Notes under the pieces: generated by a model
Database searches by the model: none
The model's input: the letters and a program-made list of their open reading frames with translations, nothing else
What the model was told of the DNA's origin: nothing
In this document: positions 12,795-26,531 of the stretch, in pieces
Numbering within the stretch: position 1 is the first letter of the stretch
Layout of the letters: each line of letters opens with the position of its first letter
Made by a program: the position numbers and the translations under genes
NCBI RefSeq assembly: GCF_018350175.1
Contig: NC_058368.1
Span: forward strand, 220,350,001 to 220,414,000
Direction of reading: 5' to 3'
Length of the DNA stretch: 64,000 nt
Source of the DNA: Felis catus
Lineage: Eukaryota

Positions 12795-14264
12795 ATAAAG
12801 TATTGTATTTTAAATGTTAATACATATATATAGATAGATATAGATATAGATACAGATACAGATATAGGCAAAGTATAAATACTTGTTAAAATGTAAAATT
12901 CCAAATATGTTTGAGTTCATTTTCGTTTTTATGAAATACAGAAAGTTATTAATGACATAAATAAATGCAATCCATTTATATTTTTCAAACAATAAATACA
13001 GTTTTAAAAATCTGTTGTGTAAACATGTGCTTCCTCTATGATAAATTTGACATACATGAACGTCAAACTAAAATTATTATGTGAAGGTATTTGACAAAAA
13101 TACCAGCTTTAAGTGTGTGTTGACTTCTTGGTTGGAAAAAAACATGTCCCAAAATGCATAAAAGTAGGCCGGATATTAAAGAAAACAAGTTGCCAATCTG
13201 AAGTTTTATGTATTGAAATATGATATTGGGCTGCCAGCTGACTGTAGATCTCCCCTTCATAACTGCATCCCTAGTGAAGCTCAGAGAAGGCTTTTTTGGC
13301 CACTTTCACCATCTGGTATAGTATATTCTTATTTTCCATTTCAAAATTTTAATGTATAAAAAAAGGCTTATTCATCAAACCCTTTTTCCCTTAATTGTAA
13401 ATACGCTGTACAGTTTATAGGGAAATGAAAAGGCAAGGCTTAAAAATGAATAAGTCAGTTTGTGTAATAAAATAACAATTTCACAATAAAGTAAATATTA
13501 TAGAGATTGTCAGCTAAATGAGATCGAGAAGTAACTATGCTCACTTCCCATTAGTGTCACACCTGCTTAGAGATTAAATTGCGCTATTTTATGCTACATT
13601 AAAATGGCATTTTCTAGAGTGATATTTTACATTTCTGATAGGCAGTTGTGAATGCCTTGGTGCACTCAGCAACATTCTGTTTTCTGCAGTGAACATTTCT
13701 ATTAGTGACAATTCACCCATAATTTTATTTCAGAAAAAAAGGCAATGTCAGCCAGGACACATGTATATACTTCGGCTTTTTTCTAAATCAGAGCAATGAG
13801 AAATTTTAGCATTGTTAATAACTTCCAAATTCAGGCAGAGGGAACTTCAATTTAATGTTTCATCTGAATGTCACCTCCAACAAACATTAATACTGAATAA
13901 AAACCTGTATTTTGAAGAAAGAGAACAACTTTCTATCTTACAATTTTAAATTTGATTATTATTAAGAATATTGAAGTTATTGACATCTTCAGTTATGTGT
14001 TTTATTTATGTTAGATTTTGATCTCATGTGTCTATTATGTGGTAATTTTTCCTTTCCTGCTTTATTTACAATTGAATATTTATTACTGTTTGATTTACAT
14101 TCTTGGAATCACAACTCCCCAATGGTCTAATGAAACCATATGTTTAAATCAGATTTTTAGCATAAGCAATTTATTTTAACGTCTTTTTTTTTTATTATTT
14201 AAAAATCATGCTTACTGTTACCAGGTGGAAAATCCCAGTGCACCCATTAGAATGCTCATGCCCA

Positions 14265-14478
14265 GGGGCGCCTGGGTGGTTCAGTCGGTTAAGCTTCCGA
14301 CTTGGGCTTAGGTCATGCATGATCTCAAGAGTTTGAGCCCCACATTGGGTTCTGTGCTGACAGCTAGAAGCCTGGAGCCTGCTTTGAATCCTGTGTTTCT
14401 CTCTCTTCTGCTCCTCCCCTGCTCATGTTCTGTCTCTCTCTGTCTCTCAAAAATAAATAAATGTTAAAAAAAATTTTA
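14265..14478 (+). mobile_element. Can-SINE
   Basis: Perfect TSD aatgctcatgcccag (14251-14265, 14479-14493). Confidence 0.95.
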
Positions 14479-15152
14479 AATGCTCATGCCCAGATACAGA
14501 AACGGATAACATTGTTGTTACTGATCCACACAGTCCTTAGCTCATGTTAAGTCCTCCAAAAATGTTTTGCTAATAAATATATGAGTATATACATTTTTAT
14601 AGGAATTCTAACTGTTGCTAGAAACTACCACTTTTAAGGATGCATCTATGTCAAGCACTTCCATATACTTTAGGAAAATGAATCAAATCATGGGTTATTA
14701 TTTGTAGAATAACCTATCTACATGGAAAAGGAAGGAGGAAGAGGAGTAAAATAAGGAGAACTTGGATCCAAATCGGTGCAAAGAAACCCTTTAAATTTTC
14801 AGGATGACCCTCATTTTTTTCCTTATTCAGCATATTTTTATGAACCAATTAAAATATTTAGAAAGGATACTCATTCATTTAGCAAAACCTTTCTCTTGGT
14901 TAGCAGATATTTAATTTCTACCCTCGTTGCGCAACATATTTGAAGTATAATTTTCAAGTTTTCCCGTTCTTTTTTTAAAGTACTAACAGTGTGATAATTA
15001 TTAAATCAATGTCCAGTGAGTTAAATTATTTCAAAGAGAAAATAATGATACAATGGCAAAGTGATTTTATTTAAGAAAATATGCTACTAACAAAAGCAAA
15101 CAAATTACATTAGTGTGTACCAAGATATGCAGCACACTGCTGTTGGCAAATT

Positions 15153-15369
15153 AAAAAAATTTTTTTCAACGTTTATTTATTTTTGGGACAGAGAGACACA
15201 GAGCATGAACGGGGGAGGGGCAGAGAGAGAGGGAGACACAGAATCCGAAACAGGCTCCAGGCTCCGAGCCATCAGCCCAGAGCCTGACGCGGGGCTCGAA
15301 CTCACGGACCGCGAGATGGTGACCTGGCTGAAGTCGGACGCTTAACCGACTGCGCCACCCAGGCGCCCC
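15153..15369 (-). mobile_element. Young felid SINE (SINEC_Fc-like)
   Basis: CpG-rich near-consensus body; TSD tg(c/t)tgttggcaaattaaa. Confidence 0.95.
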
Positions 15370-16413
15370 ATGTTGTTGGCAAATTAAATGAAGAAATCAA
15401 GTGTCTCAGTAAGACCGGATTCTTTTTTTTTTTTTTTTTTGGAAAGGGCTGCAAGTTTTGATTTTATTATTCTCTCTTTAATGAATTTTAAAAAAAAGGT
15501 CTGCAAAGATATTTACCAAACTGTTTATGAAAATCATCTCAGGATAGAAGAGGATGATTGAGTAGAGGGCTAAAGTTTCAATTTCACTGCCCCAGCTCCC
15601 TCCCCCCAAAAAATTCCCACTTAGGACGGTTAGAATAATTAAGTACAAAACCTATTCACGCAATCCTTGTATAATTTTAAAACATAAAAATAAAATCTTT
15701 GCTACAAAGGATAACCACATGTCCCTTCGAAGACGACCTTCTATGACTCTTCCCATACCTCCTGGTCTTTTTTGACTTTTCTCACACCCCGTCACAAATA
15801 CCCCCTCCTTCCTCCACTGATACAAGCCCTTATTTTGTAATCCTCGACAGTGAGCTATCTTTTCTATGTCAAGACTTTGACATAGAAAAGTAAGACCAAT
15901 TCTTATTCGGAAGCTTGAACACACACCGCTCAGCTTTTCCTTTGCTATTTTAAAAGACACATTTAGGAAGTTTGTCTTTTGAAATGAGCATGTAGCTTTC
16001 AAAATACCAAATCAACTCTTTCATCAGAGGTAGAACTCCCCAGTTAAAAGACTCACTTTATTAATGATATTCATCTTTTAATAAGGAATGAAACATGTAA
16101 CTCCAATAATGTTGAAGCTCTAAGTTCTACCGCATAGTGTTTGGCCTGACATACAAAACTGCTTGTAATGTCAAGCATTCCAGCATCTGAAAATAGTTTC
16201 TTTTCTCTAATTTTGCCCTCGCTGCTCACCATAGTACTTAAGTTTTACTAATTAAAGACCAAATGAAACTAGAGTCCTGCTGCTAGAAAAATTTTAATAG
16301 AATTTGAATAGATTTAACCGTGAAGACAGGTCTCAGAAATTCAAGTGAACTCAGCTTTCCATGGCTGTAAATCATGCCTGGCAGTATTTATGCTAACAAA
16401 AGAGGACACTTTA

Positions 16414-16686
16414 TTTTTTTTCAACGTTTTTTTTTTTTTTTTAAATTTATTTTTAGGACAGAGAGAGACAGAGCATGAACGGGGGAGGGGCAGAGAGAGA
16501 GGGAGATACAGAATCAGAAGCAGGCTCCAGGCTCCGAGCCATCAGCCCAGAGCCTGATGCCGGGCTCGAACTCACGGACCGTGAGATCGTGACCTGGCTG
16601 AAGTCGGACGCTTAACCGACTGCGCCACCCAGGCGCCCCTTTAATTTTTTTTTTCAACGTTTTTTTTTTTTTTTTTTATTTTTAGG
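16414..16686 (-). mobile_element. Young felid SINE (16414-16639) plus an extra tail copy (16640-16686) inside one TSD
   Basis: TSD acaaaagaggacacttta at 16396-16413 and 16687-16704. Confidence 0.92.
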
Positions 16687-17334
16687 ACAAAAGAGGACAC
16701 TTTAAAAAAATATGAGTCAAAAGCTAAGGGCCTTATTTAAAACTAGTAGTATTCTGTAGGATTTTATAAAAATAAAAATAATCCTGGTTAGTAAAAAAAA
16801 AAAAAAATTGATCCTAAGACGTCTGGATGTCTAGTTTCTCTTTACAATTGGTAAGAGTTCAGGAATAAGAAATCAAGACAAAATATATTCACTCTCTGTA
16901 CATGCAATCTTTAGATATCAGGACTCTGCCTCAGGGAGTATTAGCAGAAGAACTTTTGCATAATACAACAGCAATTTTTGTCCGTTTTATTTCTAAAACG
17001 TGTTTCTAATTTATCTATTTCTCTAATACACCCACAACACCCACTAGAGTTATGGCAAACCAGGCTCCCATCAGGGCTCATTGGGTTGAGCTTAACAAAT
17101 TCATTGTTTACACTCATGTCCTTCTACCATGTCTTCTGACACAGGAGTCGGAAAGATTGCTGTAAAATGTGAAAATATCCTGTCATAGTCTCCAAATAAA
17201 ATTCTCCACTGACTTCTAATTACATATAAAATACTACTCAAGATCTTTACCAATATATTCGTATGCTGCAAGAATAAAAGTTAACCTGTAGAAATGATAA
17301 TATAAATGGGTACATTTCAGGGAGATACAAATTA

Positions 17335-17570
17335 TTTCTACAACACTCAGCTGAGGTTAAACAATGCTAAAGTAATCATGGAGACAAAATTCTCAGCGAT
17401 TTGTAGCCACATATTTTAGTTCCTCCCCGACATCATGTGTTCATTAGAAGTTGAATCCGAGTCTTTTTTCGAGCCCTAACCGTAACCCTAACCCTAACCC
17501 TAGCCCTAACCTTTTTGTATACTGGGATCCAGCTGTAGAGATAGTCTCATCTGTGTCATGGCAGTAGCTA
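17335..17570 (-). mobile_element. Old MaLR LTR fragment, MLT1I/J-like
   Basis: aaaattctcagcgatttgtagccacatattt...catcatgtgttcattagaagttg...actgggatccagctgtagagatagtc. Confidence 0.45.
17474..17511. repeat. Short interstitial telomeric sequence (CCCTAA)6
   Basis: ccctaa ccgtaa ccctaa ccctaa ccctag ccctaa cc. Confidence 0.85.
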
Positions 17571-17594
17571 CTAATGGTATATAATTCTATTAGA

Positions 17595-17790
17595 GGGGCG
17601 CCTGGGTGGCTCAGTCTGTTGAGCGACCTACTTCAGCTCAGATCATGATCTCACGGTTTGTGAGTTCGAGCCCTGTGTCAGGCTCTGCCTAGAGCCTGCT
17701 TCGGATCTGTGTGTGTCTTGCACTCTGCCCCTCTCCCACTCATGTTCTGTCTCTCTCTGCCCCGGAAATAAATAAACATTAAAAAAAATT
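17595..17790 (+). mobile_element. Can-SINE
   Basis: TSD taattctattaga (17582-17594, 17791-17803). Confidence 0.94.
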
Positions 17791-17964
17791 TAATTCTATT
17801 AGAAACCTCTTGAATACTAACTAATATGTAATAAAATAATAATTCCTAGGTATCCATTTACCTTTAGATAACATAGTTTGAAGCATCCTCAACTAATTCT
17901 TTTTGTTTTATTCAGAAATCCAAGAGGTAAAAATCTTTCTAAGTATGATAATTATGCTCCATTA

Positions 17965-18062
17965 GAGTAAGAGAAGGGACAATCTTATCTGCATATATGT
18001 TCAGTGCATAACATAGTGCTTTATTCATACTGGGCACCCCATAAATATCTGTTGAATGAATA
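17965..18062 (+). mobile_element. L2 3' end
   Basis: agggacaatcttatctg...catagtgc...ataaatatctgttgaatgaat is the L2 terminus. Confidence 0.7.
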
Positions 18063-18172
18063 ATCTTAAGTTAATGTAAACATTATTTTAAGATTTTGGT
18101 GTAGAACAGACCAGATAAACAGTACATCTTACTCTAAGCAAGTTTAATTCACTCATTAATTATAATACTTTA

Positions 18173-18385
18173 TTTTTTTAATTTTTTAAAATATTTATTT
18201 ATTTTTGATAAAGAGAGAAAGCATGCATCAGTGGGGAAGGAGCACAGAGAGAGGCAGACAGAGGATCTAAAGCGGGCTCTGTGCTGACAGCAGAGAGCCT
18301 GATGCAGGACTTGAACTCAAGAACCATGAGATCATGACCTGAGCCAAAGTCGGATGCTTAACCAACTAAGCCACCCAGGCATCCC
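18173..18385 (-). mobile_element. Can-SINE
   Basis: TSD taatactttatttt. Confidence 0.93.
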
Positions 18386-19819
18386 TGTAATACTTTATTT
18401 TCGTACATAGGTTTGGGAAAATCTGCTATGTGGATCTTTTGAGAGAGTCTACCCATTATAAAATTAATTGGATATTCCTGATGGACACTTCTTCAGCAGA
18501 AGTCTCCTAATACTTTGTGGACATGTATGCTATTAGAAAAAAGACGCACATTTATCTCTAATGTATATATATTTTTTTGTCTATGAATTATATGCATGGA
18601 ATAATGAACCAATCAATGACGTAAATTTTAAATTTCACAAAATATAATCTAAAATGATGAAATAATAAACATAGAAATAAGTGTCCTGGTAGTTTCTCCC
18701 AACTGGAACCACTGTCCCACAGCATCAGGGGATTCTGGGGGGGAAGTTGGGAACCCTACGTCTGAGAATATGAAAAAGAGAGGAAACCTTGTTTGGGGTC
18801 ACATCGAGAAGTTCAATTTAGAACATTTCTATTATTCTCTTCAATGCACAGGATATTAATCCAATGAGATCCAGATCTAAGATTAGATGTGTGAAGTATT
18901 TTAACATGTTCGTCTCCTTCAGTCTCCTTCTTTGGTGTATGATTCATGTCATACAGATATTCATTCAAAAAGGTGAAAATGTTAATGTTTCTGTAAGTTT
19001 TTCAGTCAGCTGCAAAGATGCCCTGTGATGATTGCATGAAATGACACAGAAAGAAGCCTGAGTCAGTGTTCATATGTGCTCTCATTAGAATGCAGGGATT
19101 TCTTTCCCACTACAGATTTTGCTTCTGGCCACACACACGGGATATGCGTTTTTTAATGCAGGATATGTTCTTAGTGGAAAATTTTTTGAAAGAGTACATT
19201 CTGGTGAATCACTTTGTGGAAAAGTGTTATTTGTTTTGCTCATTTCTTGGCCTTTGTCCAGGAAATAATACTTCCCTGATTTTCATACCGAAGACACATA
19301 AAATTGTTCCATTGGATTTTCACCTACAAAGTGTCATGATGGCTATATTACCATTTATATTGATAAGATGATTTTTACGGATAAATGCAGATTATTTTAC
19401 CATTTTTATTCTCTCTTGCACCCAGGATAAGTGCATTATGCAAATTCAGAGTATAAAATAATATCAAGCTGTACATTCTATAACATGCTAAATGCCCACT
19501 GAAATATAGATATGTCATGCCCACAGAAATTATCAATCATTATAGAAATACATTTTTGGCAATAAATCTTAGGATTTGGTGAAAACTATATAATTGACAG
19601 GTGAGTTTTGAAGAGCAAACAGGGAAAGGTGAACTGGAACTTCTCTCAGGAAAGTGCTATAAATTCAGGAGATTTTGCATCACTGCTTACTTCATGACGG
19701 GCATAGGGCTGGTGGGGTCTGAAATAAAAAGTTGGAGTTAGACAAATAAAGATAAGACTATTGACAACATGAAGTTTGCTGCTTAATGTTAGCTTCTAAT
19801 CCAAAAATACTTTTCCATT

Positions 19820-20460
19820 GAATTGAGAAATATTTGTCAAAAGCTCACAGTGTTCCAAGCAATCTGGATACAGAATAAATAAAACATGATCCTTTCTTTA
19901 GGAATTTACATTATAATGCTAGGTACGGAAGGCTTAACTAGTGATTTTCCTAGAGTAGAATAAATGCTAAGATAGGTGCACATTCAGAATGTTATGAGAT
20001 GACATAAGAGAGACCCCCAATCACTTTGGAAAAAGTGGCATAAAACTGAATCCTGAAAGTCAAGCAGAAGTTAGCTCAAAACAGGGCTTGGGTGGGGGGG
20101 CACCTGGGTAGGCTCAGCATCCAACTCTTGATTTCGGCTCAGGTCATTATCTCACAGTTTATGAGATCAAGCCCCACATCAGAGTCTACACTGACGACAC
20201 AGAACCTGCTTGGGATTCTCAGTCTCTCTCTCTCTCTCTCTCTCTGCCCCTTCCCCACTCAACTGCATGTGCTCTCTCAAAATAAATAAATAAAAATATT
20301 AAAAATAAAGAAAGAAAAATAAAAGTAAAGGAAAAAAACAGAGCTGGAAGGAGTATTTTCAGGCGGTGGGAGCACAGTGTATGAAGGCTGAGATTCAGGA
20401 GAAACTGGGCAGAGAGTATAAATGGGAAAGCGGTGAGAACGCAAGGCAGATTGTAGGTAG
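19820..20460 (-). mobile_element. L2 3' region, antisense, split by a SINE
   Basis: aaatatttgtcaaaagctcacagtgttccaagc...ataaatgctaagatag...aactgaatcctgaaagtcaagcagaagttagc...tttcaggcggtgggagcacagtgtatgaaggc. Confidence 0.75.
20097..20332 (+). mobile_element. Can-SINE
   Basis: Head ggggcacctggg; imperfect TSD aaaacagggcttgg/aaaacagagctgg. Confidence 0.9.
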
Positions 20461-21940
20461 CAATTCTCATTTGTTTTCAGACAATTGGCAACCTTTGACA
20501 AGATATGTGCTCCATGAAGATTAATCTTGTAGCTTGTGAAGCATAAAGAATACAGGGCAATGTGCCTGCAGATACAAACCTCAGTTTACTAACGATATAT
20601 TTCATCAGATTGCTTTCTTCTCTGAAAAATGTGCAGAATTAAGCAGGTTGTTTATAAGAATAAAGCAAATATGTATATAACAAAGAAAATAACATCTGGC
20701 TCCTAGTCTTTGTTTTTTAACCTTACTATTATTTGAATATATTTCAGTTTTAGAGCTACTGTATATTTGGAAGTCTTGAGTTGCTAGTTATACCACTATC
20801 CTCTGTTTTGTGATGTATTTGAAAAATCAACACAAGAGTCCTATCTATGTTGTTAATTTCATTTACAGACAAGTACAGATTGCTAAACGCTATGGGGCAA
20901 GGCTAACATAAGCTTTTAGAAAAGGTCCCCCCAAATTGATCTTCCCTATATATCCCAGGCATAGCAGTCAGAAACTTACCTTAGAACAAAGGACTTCTCA
21001 AAGAGGGGTACCAAGAAGAAAAAAATTCAGTGAGGCCTGTTAGTAAGAATGTCAGTATTGTTTACCTAAGGATATTTATGTTAAATGTGGGAAATGAAAA
21101 TTTAAAATCATGAAATATTTTAATTTAATCATTAGTCTTTGACCACCAAGATTCTTGATGTGGTAAGGAAGGGAATACAGGTATTATACACAATTAGTTA
21201 ATTTTTTGGTAATCCTGAATTATATTTGGAATTTATGAATCGTTTTGTGTAATACTTTTCTTATCACAGCCCTGGAAAGCCTTAGAAAAGCGAAAGAAGC
21301 CTCTTCTAGCAAATACTCAGTGTTAAAGATCACTACTAGTGTGGAAATTGTGGTCTTGAAATACCACTGTAAATAAAAAAGAAACACATAAACAGGGCTC
21401 CCCAAACAAACAGTTTATTCTATGTTTAGGGCATAATTTGAACAAAGTGAGCCTCGACTATTTTTATTACCAATTAGCACAGAAGTTATAATAGCTATTA
21501 GGGATTTATCAAGTAAACTAAGGAGAAAATGAAGCAACGTTCACTGGAGAAAAATGGAAAAGTAAGCATCAAAAAATTTTTATGTGAATTAAACCATAAG
21601 GTAACTCCAGGTCTGTAAGGTGAAAGTTCTTGCTATGTAAGTATTAATTTATAATAATATAATAAATATAATATAATATAAATAGTATAATATAATATAA
21701 TTTATAATTTATAATGAAGGAAGATTCATTATAAATTTCAATTAATGTAAGATCATTTTGTAATAGAAATAATTAATGAATTAATGGATCTAGCCATTGG
21801 GAATCAGTTAATATCACAAGAAGAGGTAGAGTGAGCCTCAGATCACTTCCATTAAAAGAAAACAATACCACCGATGAAGTAGTATTGTCAAAATATAATA
21901 CATGTATATGATTTAGTCTCTAGTCAAAACTATCAATTTA

Positions 21941-22183
21941 GGGGCGCCTGGGTGGCTCAGTCGGTTAAACGTCAGACTTTGTCTCTGGTCATGATCTCAC
22001 AGGTTCATGAGTTAGAGCCCCGCGTCGGGCTCTGTGCTGACAGCTCAGAGCCTGGAGCCTGCTTCGGATTCTGTGTCTCCCTCTCTCTCTGGCCCTCCCC
22101 CACTCGTGTCTGTCTTCTCTCTCTTCTCTCAAATATAAAAAAGGTAAAAAAAAAAAAAAAAAAAATTAAATAATTTTAGAAAA
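21941..22183 (+). mobile_element. Can-SINE
   Basis: TSD ctatcaattta. Confidence 0.94.
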
Positions 22184-22222
22184 AAAATCTATCAATTTAT
22201 AGGTAAAAATAATGACCAGAGA

Positions 22223-22448
22223 GGGGCGCCTGGGTGGCGCAGTCGGTTAAGCGTCCGACTTCAGCCAGGTCACGATCTCGTGGTCCGTGAGTTCGAGCCC
22301 CGCGTCAGGCTCTGGGCTGGTGGCTCGGAGCCTGGAGCCTGCTTCAGATTCTGTGTCTCCCTCTCTCTCTGCCCCTCCCCCGTTCATGCTCTGTGTCTCT
22401 CTGTCCCAAAAATAAATAAAAACGTTGAAAAAAAATTAAAAAAAAAAT
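22223..22448 (+). mobile_element. Young felid SINE (SINEC_Fc-like)
   Basis: CpG-rich; TSD aataatgaccagaga. Confidence 0.95.
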
Positions 22449-24607
22449 AATAATGACCAGAGAAATATGTTAAACTATATTCTGAGATGCAGTTTGCAAA
22501 ACAGAGTGAAGGAAGCTCTGTATCCGGTTTTCTCAACAAACATATTTCAAGGAAAATACAAGCGAGAAGACAGCAGTCTTGTTGAGTTGAGGAGAATAAT
22601 ATATGAGTTTTAATGTTGAGGAAGCTAAATGTGAGGGGTACAGTATTGCAGAAAAGCAAGCTAAACAGAGAATGAAACCCAGGAATTTGCTGAAGACTAA
22701 GCAGGACTGAAAAATATTTTTTGGAAACCAGGACAATTCAGATAAGATCCCAGAAAAGTCATAGTTTATCAGTTGAGCAAAACAAGCCTTAAAGAAAAAA
22801 AAAATTACTTTAGATTTGCCTTAATAAAACTTAAATGAAATCCTTGAAAAAAACTAGGGTCACTCACAATTATCTTAATTGCTTGCCAAACACTTTATCA
22901 GTTTTTAAAAGAAAGAAACAAAAAAACTGTAAAAATACAAATAAATTGAAAAATAAAAGAAAGAAACAAAATTCAGGCTCTCAACAGTATAGCATCAGTG
23001 TTCTCTGCATCCAATAAAAAATTATAAAACATGCATAGAAAACATGTGATCCATAATCATGAGAAAAAATTACAAACATTAAAGAACAATAGCACATAGA
23101 ATAATAAGGAACAAATGAAATTTTTTTAAGTTTCTTACATTACATATAGAGTGTTAAAATATAGTTTTTAGGAAGACTGTAATAAGCTAAAAATATATAT
23201 CATAAACTGTAAGTTAAAAAATACCCAGAGTATATAATATAAACCAATATAAGAGATTCAACTGGCTCAATTACTTTTTAAAAAGGCAGAAAAAGATAAA
23301 AGAGAACAAAGATGAAATTGACTAAATTTAAAATAAATAGGATGGTAGCCCTACCCCATATGTATCAATGATTGCATTAAATATAAATGATTTTATATTT
23401 AAAAACTAGTAAAAGACAAAAGTTGTCAGAATTTTATCTACATTAAACTCAATCTACAAAGTAAAAGGATGTAAAGAGATACACAGTGAGAAATCTAATT
23501 ATAAGAAAAGTAGAAGTGAGAGGATGCCATTATAAAAACAGGATGAATTTAGCAAGAAGTTACAAGAATCCTAAAACTTTTATACCTATTAATAGAGCTT
23601 TAAAATGCACAAAGCATCAACTGAACCTGCTGAAAAAAAGAAATAAAAGTAGACAGGTTTATAATTTTGGTTAGAGATTTCCATAGGCCCCTCCTACTTA
23701 TGACTAGAATAAACATAGAGAAAATAAATATGCATATAGAAAATGCAAGCCACACTATCATTTAACTTGACCCGACTGACATTCGGAGAATGCTCCACCA
23801 AATTATAGGAAAGTGTGCACTCCTTTCAATCACAGGTGTTATGCATGTTTATTTGGCTATATTCTGGGCTATCAAATAAGTCTCCAAACATTAAAATGAT
23901 TGAAATCAGAAAGCAGAGTACATGCTTTCTGACCAAAATATAATTAAATATAATTAAAAAGTTATCTAGACTATAAGGAAACAGTTGGAAATTAAACCAA
24001 CATAATTATAGACAACTTACTGATCAAAGGAAAAAAATCACAATAGCAATGGGAAAATATTCTAGTTGAATAATAATAACAATAACACATACAATCAAAA
24101 TACTTGTAATGCAGCTAAAGAAGTGATTAGGTGAAACTATCGTGTTAAAATGTTAAAAGAATATATACTCAACGTCAACTGTATAAGCTCTTCTGTAAAA
24201 AGCTGAATAAAAACAAAGCAAATTAAATCCAGTATAAGTAAAAGAAAGGAAATAGTAAAGGTAGATGATAAAATATATAAACTAGAGAACAAACAATAGA
24301 AAACAACTATTGAAACAAAAAAAAAACATCGTATTAAAATAATAAACAAAATTGATAAACCTATAGTGGACCGAGCAAAAAAAAAAAAAAAAAAAACACA
24401 AATTGCAAGTAAAAGGAATGAACAAAGAGTCATAACTGTAGGTCCTAACAACACTGAAAGAAAAAAAGCATTATGAACAAATGTATGCCAATATACTGTA
24501 CAGATTTGTTGATGTCACAGTCACCAAAGTTGAACAAAAACAAATAGAAATTCTGAATATACCCATATTTATTATGTATTTGAATTTACATTTAGAACTT
24601 TATTATT

Positions 24608-24820
24608 GGGGCTCCTGGGTGGCTCAGTTGGTGAAGCGTCCGACTTCGGCTCAGGTCATGATCTTGTGGTTCGTGGGTTTGAGCCCCATGTCCGGCTCTG
24701 TGCTGACAGCTCAGAGCCTGGAGCCTTCTTCAGATTCTGTGTCTCCCTCTCTCTCTGCCGCTCCTTCACTCACACTTTGTCTCTGTCTCTCTTTCAAAAA
24801 TAAACAAACATTAGAAAACA
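24608..24820 (+). mobile_element. Can-SINE
   Basis: Full body; source of the spurious ORFs at 24481 and 24606. Confidence 0.94.
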
Positions 24821-25164
24821 TAAAACTTTATTGTAAAGAAAACTCTTTGCCTAAATGTCTTCTTTGGTGAATTCTATCAAATATTCTAAAAGCAATAAAC
24901 ATTAATTCTGTACAAATTCTTTCAGAAAAGGTTATGCAATCCATTCTGGACATAGCAAACACTACAACAAAAATGAGACAGGTATTTCATATATATACAT
25001 ACATATATACACAAACACATTGTTATATTATTATCATACATTAAAAATGAAATAAAAATGAGATCTCATATATATACATACATATATGCATGCCTATTAT
25101 TATATTAATATAATAATATATAATATAAAATATTACAATAATAGAATAATGAAATATATTAAGC

Positions 25165-25531
25165 ATGCAAGACATTTATTTAGGAAGACCAGCCACTAAG
25201 AATAAAAGTGAAGGAAAAAGGAGTAAACAGGAAAATTATTAAGACAGTCTATCATCTATTAAAGAAGAAACAGAGGGGAAATTTGGATGGTAAGAACTTT
25301 AAACTACAGCAAAACTTTTACAAAATCTTGATGAATTGGGTAAGAATTTACTGAGCAAGAGTTGGCCATGAAAAGATTTCTACACCAGGTCAGAATGTGC
25401 CTGTGCTAGAACCTTTCCAGCGTTCATTGATCAGCTTGGAGTGGACCAGAGTGAGTGTGGTCTTTCATTCAGCTGAGCCCCTGGAAACAGGTCCCTCTTG
25501 AAGGAGATTTGAGCAATGTATTTGACTGCCA
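25165..25531 (-). mobile_element. ERVL solo LTR, LTR16-like, nested in L1
   Basis: atgcaagacatttatttaggaag...tggatggtaagaactttaaactacagc...tcccttcttgaaggagatttgagc-like end. Confidence 0.6.
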
Positions 25532-26531
25532 AAATAAACAACTGTGGTTTATCCTAAGAAGATAAAGTTGATTAACATTTAAACATTATATAATGGATTT
25601 CATTGTGTTAACAGAAGGAAGAAGAAAATCCATATAGTTCCCCCAAAATAACCTTTAAATTTTTTAAAATGAAACATTCATATTTAAAAAATGCATAGGA
25701 ATGTAAGATAAATTCCTTAAGCTAGATAAATGGCATCTATCAAAATCCTAGATCTAAGATCACGCTTAATAGTAAAAAAAATAAATAACTTTTTTTTTTT
25801 TACCTAAGATCAAGAACAAGGCAAAGATGTCTGCCTTCATCACTTTAAATCATTCTGTTGAAGTCCTAGCAACTACAAGAAAGAAAGACATAGAAGAATA
25901 TACGTAAAAACTAAAAGTAAAATGCTAAATTTTCTTTGTTTATGAGGATATGATGTAGGGATAAAATATCATAAAGGATCTAAAAAAGTATTAGGATATA
26001 TTTCATTTAATGACTTCATAAGATATTGGTCAACATACCAAAATCAAATGTAGTTCGTAGACGATAGCCCTAAACAAATAGAAAATAAATATCAATGTCA
26101 TTGGCAACACCATCCAGAAATAATAGGTACATAGGAATAAAGCTAACAAAATTTATTCAAATACTATATATATAAAACTAAGTAACATGGCTGGGAGAAA
26201 TTAAAATTGAACTAAATACTATAAATGGAGGGATGTGTCATTTTCAAAGACTGCAACCCTCAAATTTAAGATGTCAGTTCCTCCAAACTGACTTACATGA
26301 ATCCAACACAATCTCAAGGAAAACCACAGCACACTTTTTTATTGAGGAAATTGACACTAATTCTAAAACTTATAGTTAGATATAAATGATAGAGAATACT
26401 TAGATGATTTTTTTTAATAATAAGCAAGTTTGAAGTATTTACACTGCTTGATTTTAAGACTTCCTCTTAAACCACATTAATCTAAATAAAGTGTTATCTG
26501 TGTAAGGAGCGACATAAAGATCAGTGGTGTT

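Larger units (their letters stand above)
21480..22565 (+). mobile_element. L1MC-class 3' UTR fragment containing two SINEs
   Basis: ttaatgaattaatggatctag...gaagtagtattgtcaaaa...aatatgttaaac...ggttttctcaacaaacatatttcaaggaaaa. Confidence 0.6.

Noticed and set aside
19066..19371. 101-aa ORF in non-repeat sequence; also 15652-16002 and 59016-59312
   Set aside because: Non-ATG starts, no recognisable domain and no convincing splice-site framing; consistent with chance ORFs.
24481..24870. 129-aa ORF, the longest in the track; similar ORFs at 34492, 34923, 12475, 32882 and others
   Set aside because: They read through Can-SINE bodies (recurring WVAQ...AQVMIS...SLEPASDSVSPSLS peptide), so they are repeat artefacts and not genes.
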